From contig MU004235.1 in the NCBI GenBank assembly GCA_010405405.1, positions 1,068,538-1,132,537 of the forward strand: a stretch of 64,000 bases of DNA, given 5' to 3'. The stretch's first letter is position 1; each line of letters opens with the position of its first letter. This DNA is from Microthyrium microscopicum. Taxonomy: Eukaryota. Below the pieces are notes generated by a model. The model had not been told where the DNA came from. It searched no databases and saw only the letters and a list, made by a program, of their open reading frames with translations. A program made the position numbers and the translations under genes. This document shows, one piece after another, positions 23,368-36,637 of this stretch.

Positions 23368-26300
23368 ATGGAGGTGGAAGGTGTAACTGAGCTTCCTGCT
23401 GAAGCAAATCCTTTGACAGAGGGTCTACTAATTCATGCTCTTCAAGCCGGTTTATCTGGCGACAACCAGCAACTGATCACTTCAAAACAACAGCTTGAAC
23501 AGTGGCAAACCAAGCCTGGATATTATCTGCACCTTGCGGTGAGTTAGAGCTCTCATTTCTGAACTTGACATATCATAGAACCTGTCACAGATAACATTTG
23601 TCCTACCCAAGACTACATGTCGTGTTTTGTCATGAGACAGATTATAAGAAATTCTTCCAAAATTGCATGCTAACTTGACTTTAGTTAGTCTTTGCGAATA
23701 GGCGGGTACAAAATGATGTCCGTCTTCAGGCAATCATACAACTTAAAAATGGAACCGAGAGACATTGGCGGAAAATGACTCGAAGGTTGGTCGAACATGC
23801 CACTCAAAATTCCTGTATTAACTCCTTATAGTGCAATATCTGACGACGACAAGAACCAGATTCGAGGAGGCCTTCTTCAAGCAACCATCAACGAACCCAA
23901 CAAACAACTAGCTTCTTTTGCAGCCGTTGTGTTGTCGAAAATTGCTAGATACGATTTCCCCACCAAATGGCCAGAAGTAATCACGCAGCTTATCGAAGCG
24001 ATTCGAAATTTCTCGGGCCCCCAATATCAAGGGGCTTTGCCGTATCAGCTCAGTCGTACCTTTCTTGTTCTCCTAAACGTTATCAAGGAAGTTGTACAGA
24101 CTCGGATAGGACCTGGTCGAGTACGCCTCAAGTCATTTACCACTGAACTTCTTGTTCTCATGGGATCGTCTTACTTTGCCGCTTTCCAACCCGACACGAT
24201 ACGATCCCTTTTGGCGACAACTGACCAATGGCCCATTCTCGAGGCTACCCTGGAGCAATCCTTATTTTCTATCAAGATTATTCGAAAGCTGTCTGTTGGC
24301 TTGATGGATCGACCAAAAGACGACGACACTTTTACAGAGTTCTGGTACAAATCACTCTCACTGTGCCAAGAAGCTTTGCAGATAGCGGTGTCGAACACCA
24401 ATGGTATGGAGGCAGAGTCACCTGTCGCTCTTCTTCTTCGCAAAAATCTATGTCAAATCGCCAAAATACATGTTGCTTTAGCAAAGAACAATCCGACCGA
24501 TTTCGCTCTCCTACAGACAGATCAATATGAAGTGGTACGATTGCATTGGCACATAATGTCTCTCCTAGGCCAGAAGTATGCTTCTTCCGCCGGCTATCCT
24601 CCTGTAACACAAGTGACAGGTTCCGTCAACGATTATGACGAGTCCAAACAGAACTTGATCGACAAGCTTGGTCATCAATCATTGCTTCTCCTCCGCGCCT
24701 GTGTGAAAATGGTTTCCCTGCCTGGACGAGGACTCAAGTATCGAAGCGAAGAGCAAAAGTTGCAAGATGAAGAAACAATGGCTAAATTGAAGGACACTGT
24801 CTTCACCAACGATGCCGTCCGTGAACTGGTCAGTCATATCATTTCGGAGATATTCCTCTTTCAGCCTGAGGACATGCGGGAATGGGAAGATGAACCTGAT
24901 GAGTGGGAAAAACGAGAGGAACTTAGTGGCGAGGACTACGAGTTTGCTCCTAGACCGTGTGCAGAGAAGCTTTTGCTTGATCTGGCAATTCATTTCAAAG
25001 ACGTCGCAATACCTCAAATCCTTCAAATGCTGCACACCGTAACTGGTAATGTTTGTTCCATCTATTCCCCGTCTTATCACTAATTTATCACAGCTTCTGG
25101 CTACTCTTCTCTGCTACAAAAAGAGGCTGTATACAACGCTATTGGAATTACTGCACCAGTTCTTGACCAACATCTTCAGTTCAAAGAACTAGTACAATCC
25201 AACCTCATCCCAGAGGTCCAAATTCAAAATCCAGAATACAAAGTCATTCGTCGACGAATAGCGCTTCTGGTTGGACAATGGTCCACCATCCAGGAGGCCG
25301 AAGGTGTCCGACCCATTTACTACCAAATCTTCCAATTCCTTTTGAACAAGGATGACCCAATCAACGATCAAGTAGTTCGAGTTGCTGCAGGTCGAGAATT
25401 AGGTCGAGCTGTCGACGCATGGCAGTACGATGCAAATGAATTCTTACCATACGCGGATGATCTACTCACCCGTTTGATGGCTCTTGTAGAAGAAGTCGAG
25501 CTTCCTGAAACCAAGATGAATCTACTTAGTACAATAAGCATTATTGTGGAACGACTTGATGAAAAGGTAACGTCACTTCTGACAATATACGTGTCAAGTA
25601 ATAATCTAACCTATTCAGATCTCTCCGCATGCAAAACGAATCGTCGAAATGTTACCGCAGCTTTGGGAGCAAGCTGGTGATGTACATTTGATGAAGCAAA
25701 CCATCCTTGGATTACTATCTCGACTCTTTAGGAGCATGAAGGAACAGGGTGCAAGTTATCATGCTTTGGTTCTACCTCTGATCAGAGACACTGTCACACC
25801 TGGATCTGAGCTTAGTGTCATCTTGATGGAAGACTCGTTGGAGCTTTGGCACACTGTAGTCCAGCAAACTCCCACGCCATCCACACCAGCCGACTTGAAT
25901 CCTGACCTCATATCGCTCATACAATACCTAATACCACTCCTCGAACACGACAGCGAATACCTCGAAAAGACCCTCGAGATTCTCGAAGCCTATACAACCC
26001 TGGCCCCATCCGTGATCCTCTCCAACGATGTCTATCCCAAAATTCTTGCAGCCTTCCTGCCAAAGCTAGGCACTATGCAATCTACCCAGAGCGGCTACAT
26101 AACCAATGCTATCGAGCATATACTGAATGCCGCTTTCGCCCTCGGCGGCACAAACGCAATCGGCGACCTTGTCCAACAAATGCTGCACCAGAAATTCTTC
26201 GACGCCATCATCGGTGGATTGAAAGAAGCCTGGGAAGCTCATCAAACCACCGGCCCACGCGCCATCCATACCAAAATCCAAGGCATTATTGAAACCGACT

Positions 26301-26887
26301 ATCTATCCCTTATCGCACGCATCGCTTGGGCCTCGCCTCAAATGCTCGTATCCGCCCTTGAAAATTGCGAAACTGCCACAATCCTGCCTGACAAAATGCC
26401 TAATCCAGACAACCTCCAAGGCGTTGCGGCCACCATGCACTGGTTTCTCCAAGAATGGCTCTCACACACCGAAGACGTACACGATCCCGGCCGCCGAAAG
26501 CTAATCACCATGGCACTCACACGCATCCTCGATCTGCCTCAGCCATATATGCTACCGAATATGCAAAGTCTGATCAACGTATGGACCAACGTGATCGTCG
26601 AGTTGACTGACGGGAACGAAGACACCAGCGTCGACTACTTGGTAGTCAAACCACCAACGGAGCCGAATATAGTGGAGGAGTATCCGCCAAATAGCGCAGA
26701 CGAGCGGCGCAGACGGCAGCTGGCAGACTTGGATCCGGTGTTTACTGTCAATTTGATCGAGCTGGTGCGGAGTTGCTTAACGTCGTTTGTGGAGCGGTGT
26801 GGTGGGAATGAAGGGTTTCAGGCGAATGTGCTGGATAATGTTGATAAGGATGTTATTCAAGCGTTCGGAAAGCTGGGGATCATGTAG
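23368..26887 (+). CDS. KAP120: Importin-beta family karyopherin, importin-11/Kap120-like
   Basis: VTELPAEANPLT, QQLEQWQTKPGYY, VRLQAIIQLKNG, KIARYDFPTKWPE, EWEDEPDEWE, PRPCAEKL, DQVVRVAAGREL. Introns at ~23539, ~23786, ~25047 and ~25567. Confidence 0.85.
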
Positions 26888-27350
26888 ATCTGATTGTGTC
26901 TTGCGCTGGGAGAAGGGCAGGGCACGTTTATACTGGCAGCCTTATGAAGAAAATACCGAAGTTAGCCTTTTGAGCATTTAGCTAAAGCTTTAACATATTG
27001 TACCAGACCCTCCATGCATCCTAGATTTCATCGTCAATCTGAGGAGTAATGCAGGTAATCACAGCTCTATGTTGTTCACATGGGCTTCATCACGGTAACT
27101 TCTTACAATAAGAATGAACACTGCAGTTTTATTCAATGATTGTATTGATAAACGACTGTTATGTCCCGATAGATAAATGTCGGCACAATGCTTTTCCTAG
27201 GACTCTTGACATTTGATCAATTCAATCGTCTTTAGCAAAGACATCACAACATGCCATGCGGTCCTTCGACCACCACCATAACATCGCTAGAGCATAAAAA
27301 CCCGCCTGATCGCTCGCATATTGGGAGCCAATTGCCTGTACGCCGAGACC

Positions 27351-28954
27351 CTAAGGATGAGCATAAGTGCCAGTCTGACCATCGTCTCCTGCTTCCATCA
27401 CGCACTGAAGGTCATCGACCTCATCACTCAATCGCAGCTTCTCTCGCTCAGAATCGGTGAGCCGCTTGGCAAGATAGCTCTCTCGCGCCATTGAAGCCTT
27501 TAGACGGTTTTCAGCCATCATGAGCTTGTCGAACACCTCGTCAATACTCTTCTGCTTGGCCGCCAGTTCTTGAACCTTCACGTCCTGCTCTTTTTCGAGC
27601 GCCTCAGCAAGCTCTTTGGCCTCCTCCTCTTTCATAGTGAAACCCTCGCGTGCTTCACGGGCATCGCGGTCATGCTTGGCAACATTAGCCCGTAGTAGGT
27701 CACAAGTCTTCTGCGCCTCAGCGAGTTCTTCTTTGAGAGCATCACAAGCGGTCTCGGAATCGGCTAGGCCTCGTTGGACGATTGGCAACTGCTCCACCAG
27801 AGACGCGACATTTGCTTCAGCTTCGGAAGCACGTCGCTCTGCTTTGGAGCAGAGTTGCATGAACTTCATCTGATCGGACTTGGCGAGGGTCAGATGGTTC
27901 GTGAGGTTTTTGGCGTGCTTCTCATGGCTAACAGCCTGTTGCTTAGCCTTTGCGGCCTGATCTTCTGCCTCTTGCCGCAGCTTCTTCTCCTTAGCGAGTG
28001 ACTCTTCTGCCAGCTCGCGAGCCTTCTTCTCCTTGGTGAGTTCCTCCTCTGCCGACTCGCGAGCCTTCTTCTCTTCTTCCCGGGCCTTCTTCTCTTCACG
28101 TGCAAAATTGTCCAGCTTCTCGATGTGCTGGCGACGCTCTTCAGAACAAGCTTCTGACTTGACCAGTGCCTTTGACAGCTCTTTGTGCTGATTGCGCTTC
28201 GAGATAACCTCCGCGTTGGCGCTCACAGTTCGCTCGACAACTATAGAATAGCTTTTGATAGCAGAAGTGTACTGCCGTTTCGCCTCGTCCCGTTCTTTCT
28301 CAGTCTCGGCCAGACGCTCCGTCACCTCTGCCAGACGTTGCTGATTTGCCGTAGCAAGTGCCTTGGCATCCAGGAGGCTCTTGTGAGCCTCTGCAAGATC
28401 TTTCTTGGTGGCATCGCGCTCTTCTTTGGTTGACTTAAACAATGCGGCGCCATCCTCAATTTTCAGACGCAAACCCTCGATCTCATCACATAGACCTTCA
28501 GCCCGACCTTCAGCGGCTTCGAAAGCTTCATCAGAGTCGGTCTTTTCGAGAGTCATCACGTGAAGTGACTTGATCGTATCGTCCAATTCGATGGCCAGCT
28601 TTTCAGAGCGTTCATGGTTGGCGACGGCCTGATCCTTGGCTTCGATAAGCGATTGGGATGATTCATTTAAGTCGGCGGTCAACTTGTCAATGCTATCGCT
28701 ATCTGCCTGAGCATTTTGGTAGGCTTCGGTGAGAAGGCGAACAGCGTCATCGCGCTCGACCACGGCTTCGCAAGAATGTGGCTCGTCGGTGGCTGGTGGG
28801 GAGGAGGTAGTTGGCGCAAAGGAATTGTCATGTTCGAGCTCAGAGCTAGTTGATGAGGAGGAATCGCAAAGGTCATATTCCGCATCGGAGAGGTTATTTG
28901 GCTGAAAGCTGTTAGTGGAGTATAAATCTTGACAGCAATATAACATACCGCCAT
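27351..28954 (-). CDS. Long coiled-coil protein of unknown function
   Basis: Predicted exon 1 ATG GCG (28949-28954) and a 47-nt intron at 28902-28948 (GTATGT/CTAAC/CAG) join in frame to PNNLSDAEYDLCD and a heptad-rich E/K/A ORF with EKKARE repeats. The 3' end may have another exon. Confidence 0.7.
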
Positions 28955-29717
28955 GATAGGCTATTGTAATGATTTTTGGTGGGAGTGTGAAAGCAATGCA
29001 GCAAGTAAAGCGTGCAATAGAGCGCAATAAAAGCCGCAAAATAAAAGCGGCGATGGTTTTGTTGAGAGAGGGAGAATGATGGTGTTTGTGTTGTGGAGAA
29101 AGTTGGAGAATGAAGAGGAGGACACGAAAAGGTTTTATGGCCACGAGCCGCTACGGAGTCATGCGAGGTCACTGAATAAGCTCGAGGCTAGTGAAAATGT
29201 CACAGCATGGTACCGGGTTTTTAAGGTAGTTGGTGGTAGACTAAGAGTATATTTGGAGGCTGAACTGGATGTCAAGGAAGGAGCAACCTCACCTTGATAT
29301 CGATATTTTGATATAAATATCAGGTTGCACCCACTACTTCTGCATCAGTAACTATGCCCCGCTAATCCATCTCGCTAACCTGAAATACTCAAACTTTAAT
29401 GAATCAAAATAGTCAGGTACCAAGGCTTCGAGGAACTTTCTAGAACTCTTGAAGAAGACACCTCGATATGAACGGAAGTCACCTCTCACTTCTCCTCAGT
29501 CTCAAGTGGTCTTCAGAAGGTCTACCGATGGGCATGAGCTAATACATATGACATAAGTGGACTTTCTCACGATTTCCAAAGTAGAAGGTCTTCCAAAGAA
29601 GACATTGGAGTGTAAGTTCATAACATTTCGGGTGTTAGCCTCAATTCCACAAAGAAACTTATAACAACATTCAATCCTCTCTTGCCAAACAGAGGAGACA
29701 GTCATTTCTCTCCTTGT

Positions 29718-30274
29718 CTAGCCTTTTAGCGAAGCCCGACCTTCGCTTTCCAACCGGTCCAGCAAAGCCAGCTCCTGTTTCGTATAGTCCAGATGACTCT
29801 CACATATCGCTTCGCGTTCCTGGTCCTCCAAGATTCGAGCCTTCAACTGCTTAAGCTCGCTCTCCAGTCGCGCAACGTCTTTCTCCATATGACCACGAGG
29901 TGGGAGGAAGATTGGGAACTGCCCGTTTTGATGCGCCTGGAGAGGTTGTGCAACACTTGAGGCAGGTACGACTGGTGATCGTGGTCCGAAGCACTGCATA
30001 GATGTGACGGAAATCCTCACTGTTTTGCCAGCACGGCTGGGTGTGATCGCGGTATCCCGTATGCTAGTGGGCTTGTTGAGGGCTCGGAAAGCATCTTCGA
30101 TCTTGGACGGCATTGTATCTGAGGAGATGGCTTGTTTGGATGAATTTGGGACATCGCAGAAATCGTATTCGGAGTCGGGAGAGGTATTGGCCTAGGTATG
30201 GTTAGCAGAGCCATACTTTTTATGAGAAAGTGACGCACTGGACTTTTCGGAAAGTCTTTGCTGTAAGAAGGCAT
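29718..30274 (-). CDS. Small protein with C-terminal coiled coil; probable paralog of the adjacent gene
   Basis: Exon 1 (30239-30274, MPSYSKDFPKSP) and a 47-nt intron at 30192-30238 (GTGCGT/CTAAC/TAG) join in frame to ANTSPDSEYDFCD...MPSKIEDAF...LESELKQLKARI. Confidence 0.6.
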
Positions 30275-30855
30275 CTTGAATATCTTTGCTTTCGTACTCT
30301 AAGTATAGTAGCAAAAGTTCAACGCGCAAAGTATTGCCGTGGTTCAAATCAAAATGATGAAGCGAGATGATGTTTGTTGTGGAAAAGGATGGAGCGAGAC
30401 TGTAAGTACTAGGCAGCATAAGAAGATGTGACGGTGAACTCCAACACCTTAAGGCGTCAATCGATAACCTCGCCTACAGGGGAAAGAGAGGTTGAGGTGG
30501 CTTGAGGTAAAGGAAAAGAAAGACCATTTGGGTCATGGACTCATGGGGAAGGGACTCGCAAGTGACTAAAATGGTGGCTTGCTATATATCTATCACTTGT
30601 GATCTGAACTCAGGGAATTCGATTGGGACAGGAACACAAGAGAGTGACGGTTATATATGAGAATACTTAGAGTAGAAAGCAAATAGACCTTATTTGGCTG
30701 AGGTCAAATTGCGCAAGTGGATTTGGTATTCCTTACTGATCTACTACGTTAAGACGTGTCGCTTTCATGACTGCAGTGTTAGACCCTTTCTTGGCCAGCT
30801 GCTTTCTTTTGAAACAAGTAATTCAATACAAAGATTACGTTCATTCGTAAAATGA

Positions 30856-32929
30856 TCAAGCATCTAGGCGCAGACGATCTAGTAAAGCATCTATCTTGCC
30901 AAGTAAGATCTGGTAGTTCCTCGCCTCTTCCTCAAACTCATCTTCAACGTCTTCCCCGTCCAGTGTCCGTATGACACCAGCGTAGAAATCATCCGGCATG
31001 GCCGGCGCCGAGCCATCTTCGAGCTCAAGACCATCAACCTTGGTAGCTAAAAGCTCATCTTCAGTGAGTAGATTTTCGTCTTCCATTACATCAATGCCAG
31101 CATCCTCGAACCGCATCTTGAATCGCTCAGAGAGGTAGTACCGAATATCATCCACCAGCTCAATTGTATCTGTCTCCTGCCGGTTCTTTACACGTTGTGC
31201 GCTTTCCTTGACGAGCTGTGCAAAATCCTCTTCGTCAATGCACTCTTCTAGCCTGTTGGCGATGTAGCGAGCGCCAAATTCTTCCAGACGATTGACGCGT
31301 ACATCCCAGCCAGCCCGGATTACGTCGTATATGTTGATAAGCTCTACCGTTTCATCATCTCCGGGTTTCGAGGGGTCTGTAGTTGGCGCTCCGCTGGCGA
31401 GTGAGCTGATTGTTGTTGCAGCTTTGACTTTGAGTTTCTCCAAAAGAAGTAGATCTGCGGCAAAGAGAACTTCGATAGCAAGAGACAGTGAAAAGTCGGC
31501 TTTCTCTGTATACAAGAAGGTGAGAACGACTTCAAGGCATTCAGGAGAACAGTCTATGGGTATAATCTGCAAGTGTTCTGTTTCTTGAGCCTCTTTGAAT
31601 GCCGAGCTGAACATGATGAGGAAGAATTCTGATCGAAGAAGCATGGCCTTCTGGACAGGAAATAGAACGGATTTGCGCGCCTTTGATTGTTTGGCGCTGG
31701 ACTTGGATGGTTCTTTGAACGAACCTATTGGTAACGTATTTGAAGGCGCGAACCCGTTTTCTGTAGATCCAGGGTCGATCTCTTCGCTGATATCCTCCTC
31801 TTCGACTTCATCGGCTCTTAATATGACATCTGCAAAGATGGCATTGTCCTTGACCCATTTGACATCCTTAGCCAGAATTGTGTCAGTAACAATTTTGTTT
31901 TTGAGGATGTTCTTTTGAAACCATTGGTTGACCTCATCTCTTGCCAAAGTCAACTCGTCAGACATTCGCTGCCGGGTGAGTCTTCGGTCGTCCCGTTTTA
32001 AAGCGAAATCGAATAACCGTTCAACCTCTATCTGTCTACTGAACTTGTCGATACCTCGCAGTATCTCTTCCTCCTCTTGGTCATCACCAAGATCGATGGC
32101 GACTTCGGAGAAGTATAGAAAGCGTATTGCGGTGTATATCGACTCAAAGGGGATCGCGTTCGGTAATCTCCAAGACGTTATCTCCGGCGAGGTCTCCAGC
32201 TTTTTGGCGAAATAGGGCGACCTTGAAGCAAGAATGAATTTATGTACATGTATCGTATCATTGTCGTATGTCAAGCTGAGATCCCAGGTCTTCGGATGTT
32301 CTCTACCTAGTAGCGATGTGAAGTAAGCCGCTAACGGCTGGAGAGGACTGGTTGATTTGGAAAAATCGAATGAAAGCAGTAGATTTTTTATCCTGTCAGT
32401 CAATGCATTGTAAAGACATCTTTCTCCTTGGAAAGTATCTCGCTCACACAGCTAAAATCGTCAGCGAAATTCCGATAATATGAGGTAGAACTTGCGGCTC
32501 CAGATTCCAGCAGCAATTGAGCCACTTCGTATTGACCACAGAGGGAAGCCTTGAAAATCTTTAGTGAGCGCTTCTTTTGTATCCGAATTCAACTTACCAG
32601 AATCAAAGGTGTATAGTCGAATATATCCCTAGAATTGATATTGATGCCCTCCGCAATCTTTTCATGGACGGTTTTTAGATCGCCTCGGCGACAAGCTTGC
32701 TTGATTTCTTAACAACCCTTCTACTTCATGATCAGAGTAATAAGTAGGCTTACCTTCGCAAAGCGCGCGAAAAGACTCGGAAGTATCAAGTGGGTTATCT
32801 CTACCAATATCGTCAGTGGCGTCCAAGGAGATGCCTCGGGCTAATATCTTACTCTTTGAGCCTTCCTGCTGATATTTCTTGCTTTTCTGCATGCAGAGCA
32901 GCTTCGATTTCATCTTTTCGAAGAACCAT
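30856..32929 (-). CDS. Ankyrin-repeat + two-BTB/POZ protein (Btb3/ABTB1-like Cul3 adaptor)
   Basis: MVLRKDEIE.., NPLDTSESFRALCE|ACRRGDLK, ARDIFDYTPLIL|ASLCGQYEV, CERDTFQGERCLYNAL, HKFILASRSPYF, ADVILRA and RQETDTIELVDDIRYYL. Several short 5' introns. Confidence 0.88.
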
Positions 32930-34233
32930 ATTAGATCTTAGCACTTCCTCTAGAGGCAGAATGTAATGGTCACGATTGAATGAGTGGCGGCATTTCGTGA
33001 ATCAAGATGGATTCCGGAGTTAAAGATGCATACTCCGGTCTAACTCCGGACTAAACTTTACTTCACCTGTTGATCCAGCTCCAATTTCTTTCAGCTTTAA
33101 ATTCTCCAACCTGCGTCTAACTTGCGACAACATCAGCATTTTTCGTATTGCTCAATACCACCGCCCTGCATCTACCGGTAGCCATGTCTACAGGATCTTA
33201 CCGCCACAACAAATGCACCATCGCTCTGCGGTTCGATATATAGCGTTGCCAGACAATGCCCAGGTGCGCGTTGTGTATAACGCCCGCGGATCCCAACGAA
33301 TCAACAAATTGAAGGGCGCTTCGAACGAGTGCGACGGGCTTTTCAAACATCATAATCTCTAACTCCCATCGCAATGATATTTCACAAATGTTTTTGGCAT
33401 TGGATGGGAAATGAAGCAGCTCATGACGGAGTGTAGCGGATGGGAGCCAGCGAAGCTGATGGGAGGGCGACATTTATTTTGTCCTTCAGTTGTCTCCCAT
33501 GGCTGATTCATTCTTTCATCGAACATCTCAACCCGCAATTCTGGCCTCCGGACGATCTTTTCTCGATTCCTTTCTCCAATGTAATGGACATGATCGCATA
33601 TCCTCCCGCATCATTACTAACCGCCATCGCGGGAATGTCGCGTTACAGAAGTGATGAAGTTCACCTTAAGAGCAAGGAATTCTATACGGGCAGCTTCATT
33701 TACGTGAGCTCCTCCACTCCTTTCGTCCCAAAGCCCAAGCCTCGCATGGTTAAACTCAACACTTCTCCATTGCATCAAGCTTTCACTAGGCCGGGCAAAA
33801 CTTCCCATAATGGATGTTCCTGATTATCAAGTACTGCAACGGTGAAATGATAGGGACGAGGATTCGGTGCCAATCGCTGGGAATTGAGCACCTTAAGGCC
33901 ACCTGTAAAGTTAATGGACAAGGGAAATATGGTGCTAGATCCGAGTACCCTTCCTCGATGATCCATTCTTTCCCGAGTCCAATGGCAGCTACGTCCTAGA
34001 GCTGGTATCTCCTACCTATATTCTCATATTCGCTAAACCCAGAATATCTGCCTTGTCCGTTAGCGTGTTGCGGTTTATGAATTTCACCTCTTGACGTTTC
34101 CAGCCGTGTCTATTTAAGCTTTTGCCTCGATGCTTTTCTCGCAAACCTTCAACTTTCAAATTCCCTGACCATTTCTTGCCGAGCGAAACTTTACACGATC
34201 GACAAAGCGCAACATTCCGAAACGACATCCAAT

Positions 34234-35768
34234 ATGTCTCTTCCTAATGAGCTCTGGTGCCTTGTCATAGCCTTGGGTGATTTCACGGTCACCGAGCTAA
34301 CTCAACTACGACAGACTTGTCGCTCATGGAAACAACTCATCGATGACTGCGTGTCTTCCGAGGTTCATTTGATTTCGCACGACAGAGAGCAGTTACTCAA
34401 GCTTTACATCGACATGTTTGAAGGCGACCGCAACTCTGGCATCTATGCAGATCTTCAGAGTAGGCAAGTGACGTTTGATATGCAACAGATGCGGCAATAC
34501 CTGCCCGCCTATCAACTAATCATCGCCAACTTCAAGGAACGAGGAACGCTACCTATTCCAAGCTCCTTGGCCACATGGTAAGAGGCTAATTGGCATCCCA
34601 ATTACCGCTGAAAGAACACAGGCGTGCCCCAATCGATTCGATGTTGACCAATCGTTGTCTTTATGGATGGAACCGGGATTCGAGGCGAATACTATACCAC
34701 TTCATCAGGACAAGAGATCGAAACCATGGATTCTACATTGGAGCACGCCAGTCATTTCTTCTTCACGGTCTATAGTGGCCATAACCTGTTGCTAATGTCC
34801 CTCACTAACACGCGCTAGGCTATTGGAATGGCCAAACCATCTCCCCCTTCCCGTCGTCTGGCCTCAAGCCATACCAATGCGAACCATGGAACTTGATATC
34901 ATGGGTCACGACTTGGTGGCTCCTTACTACGATCGTCAGTCTCTGTTGATAGTTCTTGGTCTACCTGATAGGTACGTATCTTTCCCCCATCCTCAATCAA
35001 CCCGATTTTGTCAACGGCGTCAGCATATACTTATTGCCTAGCCGCGATCTAGCGAAACTGTGCCATTGATCTGCGTGACTGGGTACCTACTCAGTGAACT
35101 GAGCTAACCGTGCAAAGTATTGTCAATTGTGATCATACCCAGGATATTAGATGCCTGCCAGCACATTTGATCTTCCATCTCTGCTACGCCAATGGTTGGA
35201 GAGGAGCTGTTATAGCGCCTTTCATCAATCTAAAAGGTCAGAAACAAGTACACAATCGTGCACGACTTGTGTTACGTGCTATGCGAGACGAGATACTTCC
35301 AGGTTGGGACTTTGCTGCCTTTCGATCTACTCAAATACAAGTCAAGGCGGGATTGGTTCTAATGGCTATTCGTCCTCTGGGATCCCATGGTAAGAACAGC
35401 TTGTGGCATGCTAGATGCTAGGCAATGTTACTTTGCAATATGTCTTATACTAACAGATCACAGTTGCTCCAAATGCTGGCGGATCGAAGAAAAATTCGGT
35501 ATTCACACCCTGGCCGCACTTGGTCTTTCCAGACTATATCACATGGCTGCGATTCGACATGGCGACTAGTCACTACCTGGATTAAACGAAGGGCAACTTC
35601 GAGTTCAAACATAACCCGGAGCAAAATGTCGTTAAACGGATGCTAGGTATACGCATGTATGAGTGGATCAAACAGAACGGAGTTCTTGGGCTACACCCAG
35701 GACATCTACCATCTGGCTGGATTACGAACGACAACTGGACACTTGCCGGCCAATATACCTTGCAGTAG
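34234..35768 (+). CDS. F-box domain protein (multi-exon; internal exon structure uncertain)
   Basis: N-terminal F-box-like MSLPNELWCLVIALGDFTVTELTQLRQTCRSWKQLID. GT-AG introns with branch sites at ~34578, ~34972 and ~35389. Some junctions could not be resolved. Confidence 0.55.
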
Positions 35769-36562
35769 CATTCCTCACATGCTAACGAAGCTCTGATGGT
35801 CTTGCTGGACCTGTGGCCTTTGTCAACGGGTTCAAATCACCAACTCATGCTCTGGCTTCACTCTTTCTATACACTGAACGACCGGCGCCAATGGAAGCAG
35901 AGATCACACTGAATACACTTGATAAGGCAGTAGTAAGATTAACTAGTTAATGTCATTCCTCTTAGTGCTTCATGCCATTGCATCACTTGTTCATCTATTG
36001 ATTTTTCGTGCCATGATCCTCGTTATCGCTGAAGATATAACTGTTATGCCCTCAATTGGAGATGCTTGACAAAGCTTTACTACTCGCGAAAAATTTGTGC
36101 CTTGGCTACACTTTACCATGACCGACAGTACCCATCGAATGATGAGAAAGAACTATTTTTCGAAGGTGAGACGGCAACCACTTCTCCACCGCTGCCGTGG
36201 GGGCGCAAGAAAACTCTTCATTGTACTTCGTGGGCCAAACAAGATCCGGTCTCGGAAGCAAGACAGACGAGAAAAAGGCACCTATCGTGAATCCGAAATA
36301 AATCCAACATCACCCCACGAAATATGTTGATGAAGGCTCTGATGTTCAGTTCACGGCATCCATATGACGCGGATATTCCCGGATCTGGTCGTTGCAACAT
36401 CACGGACCAGATCGGGACTTCAATCAACCTCTTCAAAAATGTGGCCAGACCAAGACCAGCCAGTGGCGAGACCACAGTCCATCAACGAGGCAAAGCATGG
36501 CAAAATCTCGGCCGCGACTCACGACTCGCAAGACAACTGAAAATCTTGTCTCCAAGAGGCTA

Positions 36563-36637
36563 CCCATCGGTTAAGAACACGATCGCCGCAGGCGATCGGG
36601 GACACCTTAACGAGGAGGACACCTCAACGAGGACTCT
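36563..36637 (+). repeat. Left terminal inverted repeat
   Basis: CCCATCGGTTAAGAACACGATCGCCGCAGGCGATCGGGGACACCTTAACGAGGAGGACACCTCAACGAGGACTCT; 71/75 identical to the reverse complement of 39865-39939. Confidence 0.95.

Noticed and set aside
28955..29144. N-terminal 60 aa of the 597-aa ORF as true coding sequence
   Set aside because: It begins at a non-ATG codon and looks like 5' UTR. An ATG with a well-formed intron at 28954-28902 gives a better model.
33013..33050. Inverted repeat TCCGGAGTTA...TAACTCCGGA upstream of the ankyrin-BTB gene
   Set aside because: Could be a CGG-type transcription factor site, but nothing else supports a function.
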